Positions 37,839 to 47,193 of a stretch of DNA of 48,937 bases are shown here, piece by piece. Both the position numbers and the translations under genes were made by a program. A model generated the notes under the pieces. The model was not told the DNA's origin and searched no databases. It saw only the letters and a list, made by a program, of their open reading frames with translations. How positions within the stretch are numbered: position 1 is the first letter of the stretch; every line of letters begins with the position of its first letter. The DNA comes from an uncultured Anaerolineae bacterium (GTDB taxonomy: Bacteria > Chloroflexota > Anaerolineae > VGOG01). The stretch lies in assembly GCA_964461615.1 (NCBI GenBank), contig CAYWWC010000002.1:1-48937 (forward strand), read 5' to 3'.

Positions 37839-38337
37839 TCACTTGATCGAACGCCGCTGTTACAAAATTGATTGCATCATAATCAAGACCGATGTTTCTA
37901 CTTTGTAACTGGTGGAGAAAGCTGGATATCGCTTCCCGTTTTGCGGTCAACATCTCTGTTGTACGGGTTCTGGAAAGCGGGCCGAGCTTTTCGTCTTCAA
38001 GCTGTTGTTCCAACTCAGCCACCTTCTTCGTAAGAGTCAGTTCCTCTTCGGTTCCCCAATCATTGTGTGCAGATAGCTTCACAATATTTTTGGGATTGCC
38101 ATCGCTGTTTTCAATACGAAGAATAACTTCATCCTTGTCAGGATGATATCTATTGCTTCGCACCTGTACGGTAACTCGTTCTCGAAGAAAACGGTTGCTG
38201 TATCCCTTGCTACCAACAACATTAAATCGTGCGGTGGCGGTGTTGGACGCTTTTCCAATCTGGAAACCGTTGCCTTTTGTTTGATAAACGATTCTGGTGC
38301 TGTCACTGATCCTTTTCAGATCGACTAATGGTTCCAT
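37825..38337 (-). CDS. Hypothetical protein (last gene of the minus arm)
   Basis: 170 aa, AGGAG RBS, 3' end overlaps the giant gene by 14 bp. Confidence 0.7.
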   Translation of the reverse strand: MEPLVDLKRISDSTRIVYQTKGNGFQIGKASNTATARFNVVGSKGYSNRFLRERVTVQVRSNRYHPDKDEVILRIENSDGNPKNIVKLSAHNDWGTEEELTLTKKVAELEQQLEDEKLGPLSRTRTTEMLTAKREAISSFLHQLQSRNIGLDYDAINFVTAAFDQVINDL

Positions 38338-39655
38338 GTTGTTCTCCTGTCATAACCTTAGTTACACCTTCTTCGAGTAATGGCCCGAAGTCTCCAGTTT
38401 CAAAAGCTCTATCGTTAATATCCAGTCGGCGCTTCCATTCGATGATTTCAGGAGCGGCCCACGGATGAGTTTTCCACAACACGTAGGTTGGATAACCGGT
38501 GTTGATCCGAAAATCGTAAAGGTTTGATGGAACGGCATATAGATCACCCTCTTCATAAGGAGATGTTTGATATAAGGATGTTGTTGGATCAAACGCTCGT
38601 GATGCGCCTAACAACAGAAAAACGCAAGCAAGACCAATCGCTCCTATTCGAATTACCTCCGGTGTAATGTAATGCAGTTTGCTCAATGTCAAAGATAGAA
38701 GAATCGGCAGAATAACAGTCATCACACGCCACGGGGTAAATGCACCAAGTTGGGGGAATATCAATGTCAGCACAATCATTGAGATAGCAAAAAGTGATAC
38801 CTTCAGCAGGAATCTTGAGAAAAGAAGATTGTGTCCAGCGAACCGGTAATATATCAACATGGATATTGTCAGGAAAAAGAGAACTACCACGGGATGATCG
38901 GTCATAAATACTTTTGGGTCTGCATGGTGTGGGAAACGCCAAACCAAAATACTAGCTGCTTGAAGTTTTTCAGTTAATGTTCCTTGAGAGAGCCCGGATA
39001 TCCAGAAGATATTTAATAGCGCCACGACTGGTGCAGCAATGGTTTTTGCTGGCTCTTTCCATGAACGATGTGGATACTTCAAAAGTATCCAGAAGCCCCA
39101 TAGAATAAGGGTTGCAACCGCATAGCCCGGATGCATAATTGCGCCAATTGAAAGGAATATTGAAGTCTTTTTGGCGCTTTTCCGCCATAATGCATTAACA
39201 ATTCCAGCCAGAGTGAACGCACCGAATGATGCTGGTGTCAATGATGCAGTCATCATCATCTGTCTGGCAAATCCCAGTCCGATGTAATCAAAAGCTGGAT
39301 GCCATAACAGGTAATGTGCGATGATCATTCCGGCAGTCCAAAATACAAGTCGTTTGCTTTCGCTTACGAACATCGCCATTCGAAGCAGCCCCCAAGCGTA
39401 CAGCCAGAACAGCATCAGGTTAATGACATGTAGCAACCAGCCCGCATTTAATGACACTGCAGTTAGTACAATGAGGGAATAAGCAGGAAACGGGTCTGTG
39501 AACTCGGTAAATGGATCTTGATCCAAGTTCCCATGACCCGCAAAAGCCAGTGCATGGATCGTATATGTATGTTGGTTTCCTGACCAGAGAGCTTCGGGAC
39601 CAACCGTAATAAAAAGTAGTGTCCCTACAATTAAAGATAGAATCCCCAGTTTCAT
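38303..39655 (-). CDS. Polytopic membrane protein, DUF6798-like putative GT-C glycosyltransferase
   Basis: About 10 or more hydrophobic segments; first loop GNQHTY..HALA..G.G.L.QD.....DPFP.YS; RFPHHA.P; TPWR; C-terminal FR.NTG.PTYV.WK.HP.....EW..R. Confidence 0.65.
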   Translation of the reverse strand: MKLGILSLIVGTLLFITVGPEALWSGNQHTYTIHALAFAGHGNLDQDPFTEFTDPFPAYSLIVLTAVSLNAGWLLHVINLMLFWLYAWGLLRMAMFVSESKRLVFWTAGMIIAHYLLWHPAFDYIGLGFARQMMMTASLTPASFGAFTLAGIVNALWRKSAKKTSIFLSIGAIMHPGYAVATLILWGFWILLKYPHRSWKEPAKTIAAPVVALLNIFWISGLSQGTLTEKLQAASILVWRFPHHADPKVFMTDHPVVVLFFLTISMLIYYRFAGHNLLFSRFLLKVSLFAISMIVLTLIFPQLGAFTPWRVMTVILPILLSLTLSKLHYITPEVIRIGAIGLACVFLLLGASRAFDPTTSLYQTSPYEEGDLYAVPSNLYDFRINTGYPTYVLWKTHPWAAPEIIEWKRRLDINDRAFETGDFGPLLEEGVTKVMTGEQHGTISRSEKDQ

Positions 39656-39801
39656 GAATATTCATCTCCTTCTGAAGGTGGCATTGGGCGATTTTCTGCC
39701 CAACGAATAAAGCGACCAAAAAGCCAAGCGAATATGAAACAAAAACCAATGTATCCGCCAACACCGATAATAATCTTCCAAAACAGCGAGATTTCGTTCA
39801 T
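39652..39801 (-). CDS. Small single-TM protein
   Basis: 49 aa, GAGG RBS, ATGA overlaps on both sides, one hydrophobic helix. Confidence 0.6.
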   Translation of the reverse strand: MNEISLFWKIIIGVGGYIGFCFIFAWLFGRFIRWAENRPMPPSEGDEYS

Positions 39802-40280
39802 GCGAACCTCGGTCGTTTGCTTTCTATGTGGGCACGAATAGAATTGGGAAGATATACAGGATTTGCCCAAAGCGTGAATCCGGTATATTTCCAATACATT
39901 CGTTTCTTTTTCCCACGAGAGATGTATTTGTCATCTGCCCACAAAACACCATTTCCGGCATCATAGACAGCTTTCTCCAAATTATCTATGTCAGACCCTC
40001 GGAACATTGGAGCATCGTGTCCTATGAGGTCTTCTCGCAGCTTTTTAGGTATGTATACACCATCAATCGAACTTGGAATTGGTAAAAGGAAGGTGATTTC
40101 TACATTCACAGATTCTGGTTGATCTAAACCAAGAGGAAGATGATCAGTTTTAATGGAATGAAACAGTTCTTTCAAAACATGTTCATATTCCCAAGTGCGC
40201 CACGGGGTAATTGTCATACGACGGTTTTTATACAATGTTTTCGGACGCTGTTTGGGAACAAGATCAATGTCATGGACCAT
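39798..40280 (-). CDS. rusA: RusA-family Holliday junction resolvase
   Basis: PKQRP, DIDNLEKAVYDA.NG..W.DD signature; TAATG coupling to the upstream gene. Confidence 0.9.
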   Translation of the reverse strand: MVHDIDLVPKQRPKTLYKNRRMTITPWRTWEYEHVLKELFHSIKTDHLPLGLDQPESVNVEITFLLPIPSSIDGVYIPKKLREDLIGHDAPMFRGSDIDNLEKAVYDAGNGVLWADDKYISRGKKKRMYWKYTGFTLWANPVYLPNSIRAHIESKRPRFA

Positions 40281-40525
40281 TAGAGATAGTTTCTCTCCTT
40301 CAGGGTGATTACACCCATGCCAGTGATTGAGTATGATCCCCGTTTGATCACTTCGACAAGACCTCTTCTTTTTAGAGTTTTTAGAACGTGCCATGCTGTT
40401 CTCTGGTTATCGAAATTGTTGTTGCCAAGTACACTTTCAGCAATCTGTCTTGGCTTGACTGGGCCTTCCTTATGAACGAAAAAAAGACAACGCAGCTGTC
40501 GGCTGCGTAATGGTTGGTTTGTCAT
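40280..40525 (-). CDS. Winged helix-turn-helix protein
   Basis: L..RQ...L, P..IA, W..L..L..RGLV...RGSYSIT..G. Confidence 0.8.
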   Translation of the reverse strand: MTNQPLRSRQLRCLFFVHKEGPVKPRQIAESVLGNNNFDNQRTAWHVLKTLKRRGLVEVIKRGSYSITGMGVITLKERNYL

Positions 40526-40947
40526 TTTTTCCCTCCGTAACGCGCCTTTCTTTCCAAGCGTTCGGCGGTTTCTTGCGCCTCTATTTCCTGACGGCGTTGT
40601 AGTGCCAGCGCCTCAACATCTGTTGGTGGAGGTAGGCTGACAGCATATGCACGAGCTTTTTCAAGCATCGGATAAAGGCCGTGCGCTTCGTTCCAGTTTG
40701 CTAGATTAGACCACATTTTGAATGCCTCAAAATCACCCATTGCGAATGATTGCTGTCGCAACTGATTGATCCGTGGCATGATGTGATCTTCAGGAACACT
40801 GAGCTGACTCTTACTGGATAAGGCAGCAAGGGTTGTCAGCATGTGCTGATGTTCCCAGCTCATGTTGTTGAAATCAAATGTTGATTCTGTTGCCGTCCCC
40901 GTTGGCCCTTGTGGTCCGAGCGGGTTTCCAAATGGGTCAAAAAGCAT
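40522..40947 (-). CDS. Hypothetical protein
   Basis: 141 aa, GAGG RBS, ATGA overlap. Confidence 0.7.
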   Translation of the reverse strand: MLFDPFGNPLGPQGPTGTATESTFDFNNMSWEHQHMLTTLAALSSKSQLSVPEDHIMPRINQLRQQSFAMGDFEAFKMWSNLANWNEAHGLYPMLEKARAYAVSLPPPTDVEALALQRRQEIEAQETAERLERKARYGGKK

Positions 40948-40954
40948 AAATGCC

Positions 40955-41191
40955 TCAGTTTGGCAGAATACTCTGCTTTGTTTTTTCTGCGACCGATTCT
41001 AAAAAAACGCCCGGAGGAATGATCCCGAACTTGTGATCTGCTTCAAATTCTTCTGCACAATCGGGATGCATGTCAAACCAAACCACACCGCTATATATCA
41101 CTTTACGATATACAGCGGCGGGTCCAGAGATTTCTTCTCCGCAATAAAGACAACGGGTGCCTTTTTTAATTTTGCGGTGTTCAAACATCAA
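40955..41191 (-). CDS. Small Zn-finger-like protein
   Basis: CLYC...HPDC motif. Confidence 0.65.
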   Translation of the reverse strand: MMFEHRKIKKGTRCLYCGEEISGPAAVYRKVIYSGVVWFDMHPDCAEEFEADHKFGIIPPGVFLESVAEKTKQSILPN

Positions 41192-42069
41192 AAGGCAGGC
41201 TCCGATTGGTCAACTTTAACCTTCGGGTTAAGCGACCCATCAGGCCAACCCATGTAAATGTTCCAATCATCCTTGTCGTCATCAAGGATTTCTTCAACGT
41301 GTTCGCGAATTTCAGTTCCGATATTGCGAACAAGGTCAAGCTCTTTGAAGAATTCGAGCTTGAATGTGACGTTTGTTGCACCATCAGTGGAATAGGACAG
41401 ATACACCGGGATCGGGATCGGTTCCATTCCTTCGTAATACGGACAATCAAGAACCCATAAACGTGGGAATTCTGTACGGTTGGGTTCGTCGTCGACCGTA
41501 TACTTGATGGACAAGTTGTTTTCATCCGAATACTCGTTCAACACCTTGCTGGTGCTGGAAGCATCACAGATGGTCACTTTACGAAGCATCAGGGACAAAT
41601 CAAATGGTTCGCCCGGACTGAATCCCATCTGGGCATTTTCAGCTTTCTTGCCCAGAAGAATCTTTTTGGTTTCAGTGAAGAGATGACCATGACGCAGAAG
41701 CATGTCTGCGAAATCTCTCTGCGTTTTGTATCCAAAAATTTCATCAAAGATCGGATTCTTCCGCAGCTTGACAGTTCCCCATTCAGCATTACGAGGAGTT
41801 GAGTCTTCGTTGGTCATGACAGCAAGTTGACATCGTGCTGGGTCATCACCGTGACCGGTAAATTGAACATCAATGAACACTGACTTGTTGCCATCAGCAT
41901 TGATCTTTGCCCAATTGATCAAAGATGGTGTGTCATTGAAACGGTGTCGTCGCTGACGTGGCGGATATGTCTTTTCCTTGAAATCTGGATGCAGGAAAAG
42001 ACGTTCTTCGGCCTGAATGTGGGTTGGGCGGACGTGATCCGCCAGTTTCTGAATGAATTCAGCAATCAT
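41188..42069 (-). CDS. DUF2303/YfdQ-like protein
   Basis: F.D..SLI.W, QR.FA..L, P.YEG...I; GGAGG RBS; paired with the upstream YfdP-like gene. Confidence 0.55.
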   Translation of the reverse strand: MIAEFIQKLADHVRPTHIQAEERLFLHPDFKEKTYPPRQRRHRFNDTPSLINWAKINADGNKSVFIDVQFTGHGDDPARCQLAVMTNEDSTPRNAEWGTVKLRKNPIFDEIFGYKTQRDFADMLLRHGHLFTETKKILLGKKAENAQMGFSPGEPFDLSLMLRKVTICDASSTSKVLNEYSDENNLSIKYTVDDEPNRTEFPRLWVLDCPYYEGMEPIPIPVYLSYSTDGATNVTFKLEFFKELDLVRNIGTEIREHVEEILDDDKDDWNIYMGWPDGSLNPKVKVDQSEPAF

Positions 42070-42536
42070 CTGTGTTTATCCTCCAATGGTTGACCTACGG
42101 AAGCCGGATCAATTTCCGGTTTGTGAGTTGGTTCTTGAGGTTGTTCATCAGTAACATACTCTGGTGTGGTATTGTTTTGATGAGGGTGGCTTTCGTCCGC
42201 CTGTTCCGTATTCTGAAGCATCGGCTGATGGTAATCGCCTGAGACCTTATCGGTCAACAACTTTCCGGTCTGATTGATGTGACAAATCATGCCACGATAT
42301 TCAGCCTTTGGTGAGGTTGTTTTAACCGAAAGAATGGTACGATAGGAGCCCTCCAGCTCCTTGTCTTTGAGTGGTTTGAAAGTCAGTTCGATGGTGATCT
42401 TGTGATCACCTCGCTTGACTTCAGGATCGGACATCTTTTCTTCAATTTCTTCAAGTGCTGTCTGGAATCGTTTGGCAAGTCCCATTCGACCGCCAACATC
42501 ATCCAGATTAATACGACCCGTACTGTCAGGTGCCAT
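42066..42536 (-). CDS. YfdP-like partner of the DUF2303 protein
   Basis: L..RF..AL..I...M.DP.....KITIELTFKP motif; GGAGG RBS before ATG 42536. Confidence 0.55.
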   Translation of the reverse strand: MAPDSTGRINLDDVGGRMGLAKRFQTALEEIEEKMSDPEVKRGDHKITIELTFKPLKDKELEGSYRTILSVKTTSPKAEYRGMICHINQTGKLLTDKVSGDYHQPMLQNTEQADESHPHQNNTTPEYVTDEQPQEPTHKPEIDPASVGQPLEDKHR

Positions 42537-42558
42537 CTGGTCCTCCAGTGAATAATGG

Positions 42559-42588
42559 AATGTACGAAAAGTAGGATACGAAAAACAA
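42559..42588 (-). promoter_or_regulatory. Putative promoter/operator, copy 2
   Basis: TTGTTT-N18-TACATT containing two TTTTCGTA repeats 14 bp apart; shares 13 identical bp with the site at 47210. Confidence 0.6.
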
Positions 42589-42606
42589 GGGGGTCCGAAG
42601 ACCCCC
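42581..42606 (-). terminator. Intrinsic terminator after the DUF932 gene
   Basis: GGGGGTC-TTCG-GACCCCC followed by TTGTTTTT. Confidence 0.85.
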
Positions 42607-42612
42607 AGTTGA

Positions 42613-43467
42613 TTAACCGAAATGTTTCGGCGTTCCGTCTTCGTGTCGTTCGATTTCCTGCTCTGTCCCATATCTGTTAATGAAGTATTCACAGATACGT
42701 TCGTTGGCAGCTTCGGAAGGGAAGCTATTGTCTGAAGTCAGTTCACGAGTGAAATGATTAAACATCGTCCAAGCACTGGTTCCGCCATCCAGAACTTCAG
42801 GATGAGCCGCAACTTTACCAATCAAGCTCTTTGGCATTTTTGCGACATGAATGGCTTCATGAAGAGTGGACAAAATTTCGTCAGCACTCAATTCACGTTC
42901 GTACATCCGGTCCCAGACTGGCAGGGTTTTTTCCCAATTGCTGGCACGATTGACAATAGCTTCTGCTTGGAGAAGAATTTCTTCTTCCATATCACCATTT
43001 TTCAGGTGACGGATGCGGAAACCATCGAAGAATTGACGGGCGACCATGCCGTTTGTACAGACCTGCCGCCACGCAAGAGTCTGCAGGCCGAGAGACATTG
43101 TACCGTTGTAGCTATTTACAATGTCAGCGGCAAACATCAGGTTATCATGACCGCCCACTTGCATCGTCAAATCTTTGGAAATGAACCTTTGACGAAAACG
43201 GTTCCCATCCCAGATTCTGGATTCTGGTTCCCAGTTGAATCCGGTTCGATGTAAAATATCTTCACCGAGATTTCGAGCATCTTCGTTTGACACCAGTTTG
43301 TACTGGTTCGAAACGATTTCGATTCCTTTCGGCTTTGGAATTTCGGTTACATCTTCAGCAAAAGATGTGTCAGGATGAATCGTCACAATTGCACGATCCT
43401 CCATCTGTTCTAGTGGCTCCAAAGTTACCTTTGCGTTCCACGGGAAATAGGGGCTTGCTTTGCTCAT
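42613..43467 (-). CDS. DUF932-family protein
   Basis: VS..YK.V.N, NSYNGT.S, R.VCTNGM, IRH, AW..FN..T motifs. Confidence 0.85.
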   Translation of the reverse strand: MSKASPYFPWNAKVTLEPLEQMEDRAIVTIHPDTSFAEDVTEIPKPKGIEIVSNQYKLVSNEDARNLGEDILHRTGFNWEPESRIWDGNRFRQRFISKDLTMQVGGHDNLMFAADIVNSYNGTMSLGLQTLAWRQVCTNGMVARQFFDGFRIRHLKNGDMEEEILLQAEAIVNRASNWEKTLPVWDRMYERELSADEILSTLHEAIHVAKMPKSLIGKVAAHPEVLDGGTSAWTMFNHFTRELTSDNSFPSEAANERICEYFINRYGTEQEIERHEDGTPKHFG

Positions 43468-43594
43468 CTCCAGTTCCTTTTGGTAGAATTAAAACCATGT
43501 GATCCTTATGATTATAGACGTTTTCAGGACCAATCATGATGCGATGTATCTTCCCACCTTCGTCTGTTAGGAAGACGAAGTTGGGAGGTCTCAT
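43370..43594 (-). CDS. Hypothetical protein
   Basis: 74 aa, ATGA overlap with the Gp157 gene. Confidence 0.5.
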   Translation of the reverse strand: MRPPNFVFLTDEGGKIHRIMIGPENVYNHKDHMVLILPKGTGDEQSKPLFPVERKGNFGATRTDGGSCNCDDSS

Positions 43595-44274
43595 GTTTTG
43601 TCACTCACAGCAAGTGGTCGGGTATACAACGTGTCCTGTTGTGTCCCGGTTGCGACCTCAAGCTGTTTCCAGACGAGCTTCTTGGGTTCCAGCCAATCCT
43701 TTGAAGGACCATACTGTTCTTTGAACCACTCGCGGATTTTCTTGTTGTCAAATTCAACCTTCAGACGAACAAGGCCAACATCAAGAAGATCCTTGATACA
43801 GTCATCTGGAAGTTCGTCAACATCAATAGTTTCCAGATTGAACTGGGTGTTCTGAAGCTGGAATTTCATTACTTCGCCCAGAATTTTCTTCTGGTTGAGT
43901 TGGGCCATTGCGAGACGGATATTTCCGCGTAATGACTCTCTCAAATTGCGAAGTGATTGGGCTTGTTCCTTGAATTGTTTCGCCCAGTTATCACTGATGA
44001 CAGCTTCAGCTTCAAGATGATCAAGAAACATGACGTATTTGTCAATCTTGTTCTGAAAATCCATTTCAGTGATGATGAGTTCAGCGACCCGCTTTTCCTG
44101 TTCGAGAGGGTCTTCGATGTCACGAAGTTCGACCAACTCCTGAGTCAGCAACATCAACGATTTTGGGGTCTGTTGTTCGAAGACCGTCGGAGTTTCTTCT
44201 GTTTCCTGCGGGGTTTCCGGCATTACTTCCGAAATTTTCTTCACCTCGCCCTTTTTCGTTCCGTCTTCCATCAT
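43591..44274 (-). CDS. Gp157-like (Sipho_Gp157 / Gam-like coiled-coil) protein
   Basis: KID.Y......L..........L......LR..I..AM, D...I pattern. Confidence 0.75.
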   Translation of the reverse strand: MMEDGTKKGEVKKISEVMPETPQETEETPTVFEQQTPKSLMLLTQELVELRDIEDPLEQEKRVAELIITEMDFQNKIDKYVMFLDHLEAEAVISDNWAKQFKEQAQSLRNLRESLRGNIRLAMAQLNQKKILGEVMKFQLQNTQFNLETIDVDELPDDCIKDLLDVGLVRLKVEFDNKKIREWFKEQYGPSKDWLEPKKLVWKQLEVATGTQQDTLYTRPLAVSDKT

Positions 44275-44512
44275 CCAGCCCTTTCGGTTTTGCTCTTAAC
44301 TTTCGCTTGTCAATGGTGTAAGGACCAGACAGTCTGAAATACATCCACAGTTCTGATCCCGGTTCCTGAATATAACAGTTGTATCTTGGGTCAACGGCAA
44401 GATCAAACATACGATGCATTAACATCGAACGAGATTGACTTGAGAATTTCAGGTATAAGTCTTTGTCGTGACCAAGCCGTTGTTTTGTAAAAACCGCCCC
44501 TTTCCATTTCAC
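44120..44512 (-). CDS. Hypothetical protein
   Basis: GTGA overlap with the DnaC-like gene; 3' part overlaps the Gp157 gene. Confidence 0.5.
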   Translation of the reverse strand: MKWKGAVFTKQRLGHDKDLYLKFSSQSRSMLMHRMFDLAVDPRYNCYIQEPGSELWMYFRLSGPYTIDKRKLRAKPKGLDDGRRNEKGRGEENFGSNAGNPAGNRRNSDGLRTTDPKIVDVADSGVGRTS

Positions 44513-45249
44513 GGCATTCCCCTGTTTTTTCGCCAGTCAAATCCGTTGAACCTGACTTCTGTTGTGGCACCCAGTAAACGAGAAACCACAGCTTCACCAT
44601 ATAAGTTGACCAGAGTTTTTGCTGGACGGTTGGTAGTATAAATCGTTGGTTTCTTACTACGTGAATAAACGATTTCAGCAAGAATCTGATCTAAAATCTG
44701 GTTGCCTTTTCGTAAAGATGAAATATCATCAACAATTAACAAGTGCGGGGCTGTCATCTCGGTGGCAATAATTGTAGAAGCCTGTTGGTACCCCGGCTGC
44801 TTGAAAATTTGAGATACTCGCTTCATCATGTTGGGCCAATAATAGAACCGTGCTGTTTTTCCTGTTTGCAGGAAGCGCCTTCCTATTGCTGTGGCGTATG
44901 TTGTTTTGCCAGCTCCGGTCCCACCTGTAAACATGAATGAAGCGTCTTCTGGAAAACCATCTATGATGGTAAAGTCTGGATTGCCGGGAGTGGGTGCTTC
45001 AAGTTCTACTCCCAGTAAATGTGGAAAGAAACCGCGAGCGACCATATCAGCATCACCTCCTGCTTCAAATTCACTGAAGGTCGCTTTCGGTTTCTGACTG
45101 GTAGTACGATTTTCCTTATCTACAATCTTAGAACAAGAATCACAATATCGACTTGCCATATTGTATTCTTTATCCCCGATATTGATTGGGATACGATCTA
45201 CCAGCTCTCCACATCGTTGACAAGGAGTAGGTTCCTTAGAATGGGACAT
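44509..45249 (-). CDS. DnaC/IstB-like AAA+ helicase loader with N-terminal Zn finger
   Basis: CQRC/CDSC, GGTGAGKT, LLIVDD, R....PTIYTTN, VSRL, G.DWR. Confidence 0.88.
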   Translation of the reverse strand: MSHSKEPTPCQRCGELVDRIPINIGDKEYNMASRYCDSCSKIVDKENRTTSQKPKATFSEFEAGGDADMVARGFFPHLLGVELEAPTPGNPDFTIIDGFPEDASFMFTGGTGAGKTTYATAIGRRFLQTGKTARFYYWPNMMKRVSQIFKQPGYQQASTIIATEMTAPHLLIVDDISSLRKGNQILDQILAEIVYSRSKKPTIYTTNRPAKTLVNLYGEAVVSRLLGATTEVRFNGFDWRKNRGMP

Positions 45250-45859
45250 CCCCGTCAGTACCTCCAGAAGAGGCTTGCTGCTGCCCAGAATGCATGGACT
45301 TCTTGGCTACATATTCCTTGTTTTTCTGAAGTCCACGACTTGCAGCTTTTTTCGCCTGTTTGATCCGTTCTTCATCAGCATCAGCGGGATATGTGGCAAA
45401 ACACTGAGGCCAACCGGAAGCGTTTTCCATGACAATCATTCCGATTGGAACACCGTGAAGAGCGGTTTCGTCGAAATGATAGTCCGGCTGAAACATGTCG
45501 GACTTAGGTATGGATTTGCCGCATTCAGGACAAACCGGTTTGAACTTCGCTTTACGAATGGCTTTCATTGACATGTTGATGTCTCCGCTACAACCATCAT
45601 CGCCGCCGTGAATGAATGAAAGGTTGTAATCAATACCAGCGTCATCAAACAGCTGCTGAATCAACCAGATCGTGTTTTCTGTGTTGCGGATTCGATGTTC
45701 AAATTCATCATCGCACACAGACGGTTGAACAAATACTGACAGGAACTCGACATCACTGTCCTGATCGAGCCACACTGTCGGTTTCTGTAGCTTCACCACC
45801 TCCATGAAGTCTGGAACTTTCTTGAAGTCCCCCTTGACCTCCTTTGCTTTGCTCCGCAT
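45236..45859 (-). CDS. Putative ssDNA-binding protein with Zn ribbon
   Basis: Acidic-aromatic tail GTDGDVPF, CPECG, directly downstream of the Sak4-like gene. Confidence 0.55.
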   Translation of the reverse strand: MRSKAKEVKGDFKKVPDFMEVVKLQKPTVWLDQDSDVEFLSVFVQPSVCDDEFEHRIRNTENTIWLIQQLFDDAGIDYNLSFIHGGDDGCSGDINMSMKAIRKAKFKPVCPECGKSIPKSDMFQPDYHFDETALHGVPIGMIVMENASGWPQCFATYPADADEERIKQAKKAASRGLQKNKEYVAKKSMHSGQQQASSGGTDGDVPF

Positions 45860-46754
45860 TCTTTTCTTCCTTTCGGTTTTGATCTCGTTCAAGTAGTGAC
45901 TGCTGTATGTTGGCTTTCTTCTGAACGTACTTGTCTTTACCCAACTTACCCGCATAATGCATTTGATCTAATGCGGTCATTTCAGCTGGATAATCAATAG
46001 TTTCTACTTCTTCACCGTTAGCGGCTTTGACAAGAGCTTCCCATCCCTTGTCAGGTGGAAGAACTATTCGTTTACCGGTCCAGTTTTTGATTCTGGAACC
46101 GGATTCGATAAGTGGGCTTGGCATGAAGTCAACGGATACCACAGTGCTGCCGTCTTTGAATTCAGCACATACAAACCCGATGGCATCGACCTTCCCCGGC
46201 ACCTCGCGAGAAAGTCTGCCAGCAAGATCTGGGGAACGTCCTGCGGGTCGATCATCAACATAAGCCCGCTTGGTATGAGTGATGAGATGATAACTGCAGG
46301 GAAGTTTCTGGAGGCGGGTAAGGAAACTTCGAAATTTGGGATAGGCAAGAGCCCATCCGTTGACATCAATGGCCTTTTGAATTTCTGCCAGTGTTTTGAC
46401 TCCGTGTTCTTCACAGGTTTGATCCTCTACCGCGTTCCAGAAAATATTGGTTGGATCAACAGCAACATGTTCAATCTTCATCTTGTTGCCGTCTGCAAAG
46501 TTTTTTTCAAGAGCTCGAAGCCACGCATCAGTGAACTGCATTACTTCAAGAGGTTTCATCCCTTCCGGTATCTGTGTTACTCTCCCGCCCAGATGTTCGT
46601 AACCGCCCTTGTCTAAACTTAGCACCTGACAATTTGGGATTGTTGCGACCAGACTGCTTTTCCCGCCCTTCGGTGGACCGTTCCACAGGTATCCGCCTGT
46701 ATTCGGTAATCCAGTCTTTGCGGGGATGGGTTGTTCTGGTAAGATCAAGTTCAA
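45753..46754 (-). CDS. AAA_24 / Sak4-like ATPase (recombinase)
   Basis: GPPKGGKSS, LD.G, VAVD, GW, LITH, P.L.G.....V...VDAIG; TTG start after GAGGAGG. Confidence 0.85.
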   Translation of the reverse strand: MNLILPEQPIPAKTGLPNTGGYLWNGPPKGGKSSLVATIPNCQVLSLDKGGYEHLGGRVTQIPEGMKPLEVMQFTDAWLRALEKNFADGNKMKIEHVAVDPTNIFWNAVEDQTCEEHGVKTLAEIQKAIDVNGWALAYPKFRSFLTRLQKLPCSYHLITHTKRAYVDDRPAGRSPDLAGRLSREVPGKVDAIGFVCAEFKDGSTVVSVDFMPSPLIESGSRIKNWTGKRIVLPPDKGWEALVKAANGEEVETIDYPAEMTALDQMHYAGKLGKDKYVQKKANIQQSLLERDQNRKEEKNAEQSKGGQGGLQESSRLHGGGEATETDSVARSGQ

Positions 46755-47193
46755 CTTGTTTGTCCTCCTCTGTTTTGATCCTTTCCTCAAGTTCAGGACC
46801 AGCCAGTTTTTCATGAGGCGGCATATCCCACGGCTCGGGTTTACGGACATTTAACCAGTGCCATCTGATACTTTCAAGAGCAGCGATCTGTTTGTTGAGT
46901 GCATCACGCATGGATGCCAGTACAGAAACCGCCTTGTTAATATCATCAATGTTTCTGGCATAAAATGTTCCGCCGCCTGCTTTGGGAAGCCTTACGATTG
47001 GATGATACTTGGATAACAGGAAGGACATACTTTCACGAACAACCCGTTCAGCTTGTGCAAAAGACATCTTATCCAACAGCCCTGACCGATTAACAATGTC
47101 TTTTCTGCTGATTGGTTTTTCAGCGTTTGTTCGACTCAATGCTCCGAGCACACGATACGCCATCCACGGCTGAAATGTTGTCCGTCCTGCCAT
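46546..47193 (-). CDS. Winged-helix DNA-binding protein
   Basis: PIS.K.I, R.VR.....L....HPI.....G.FYA...D pattern; AGGAG RBS before ATG 47193. Confidence 0.7.
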   Translation of the reverse strand: MAGRTTFQPWMAYRVLGALSRTNAEKPISRKDIVNRSGLLDKMSFAQAERVVRESMSFLLSKYHPIVRLPKAGGGTFYARNIDDINKAVSVLASMRDALNKQIAALESIRWHWLNVRKPEPWDMPPHEKLAGPELEERIKTEEDKQVELDLTRTTHPRKDWITEYRRIPVERSTEGREKQSGRNNPKLSGAKFRQGRLRTSGRESNTDTGRDETS

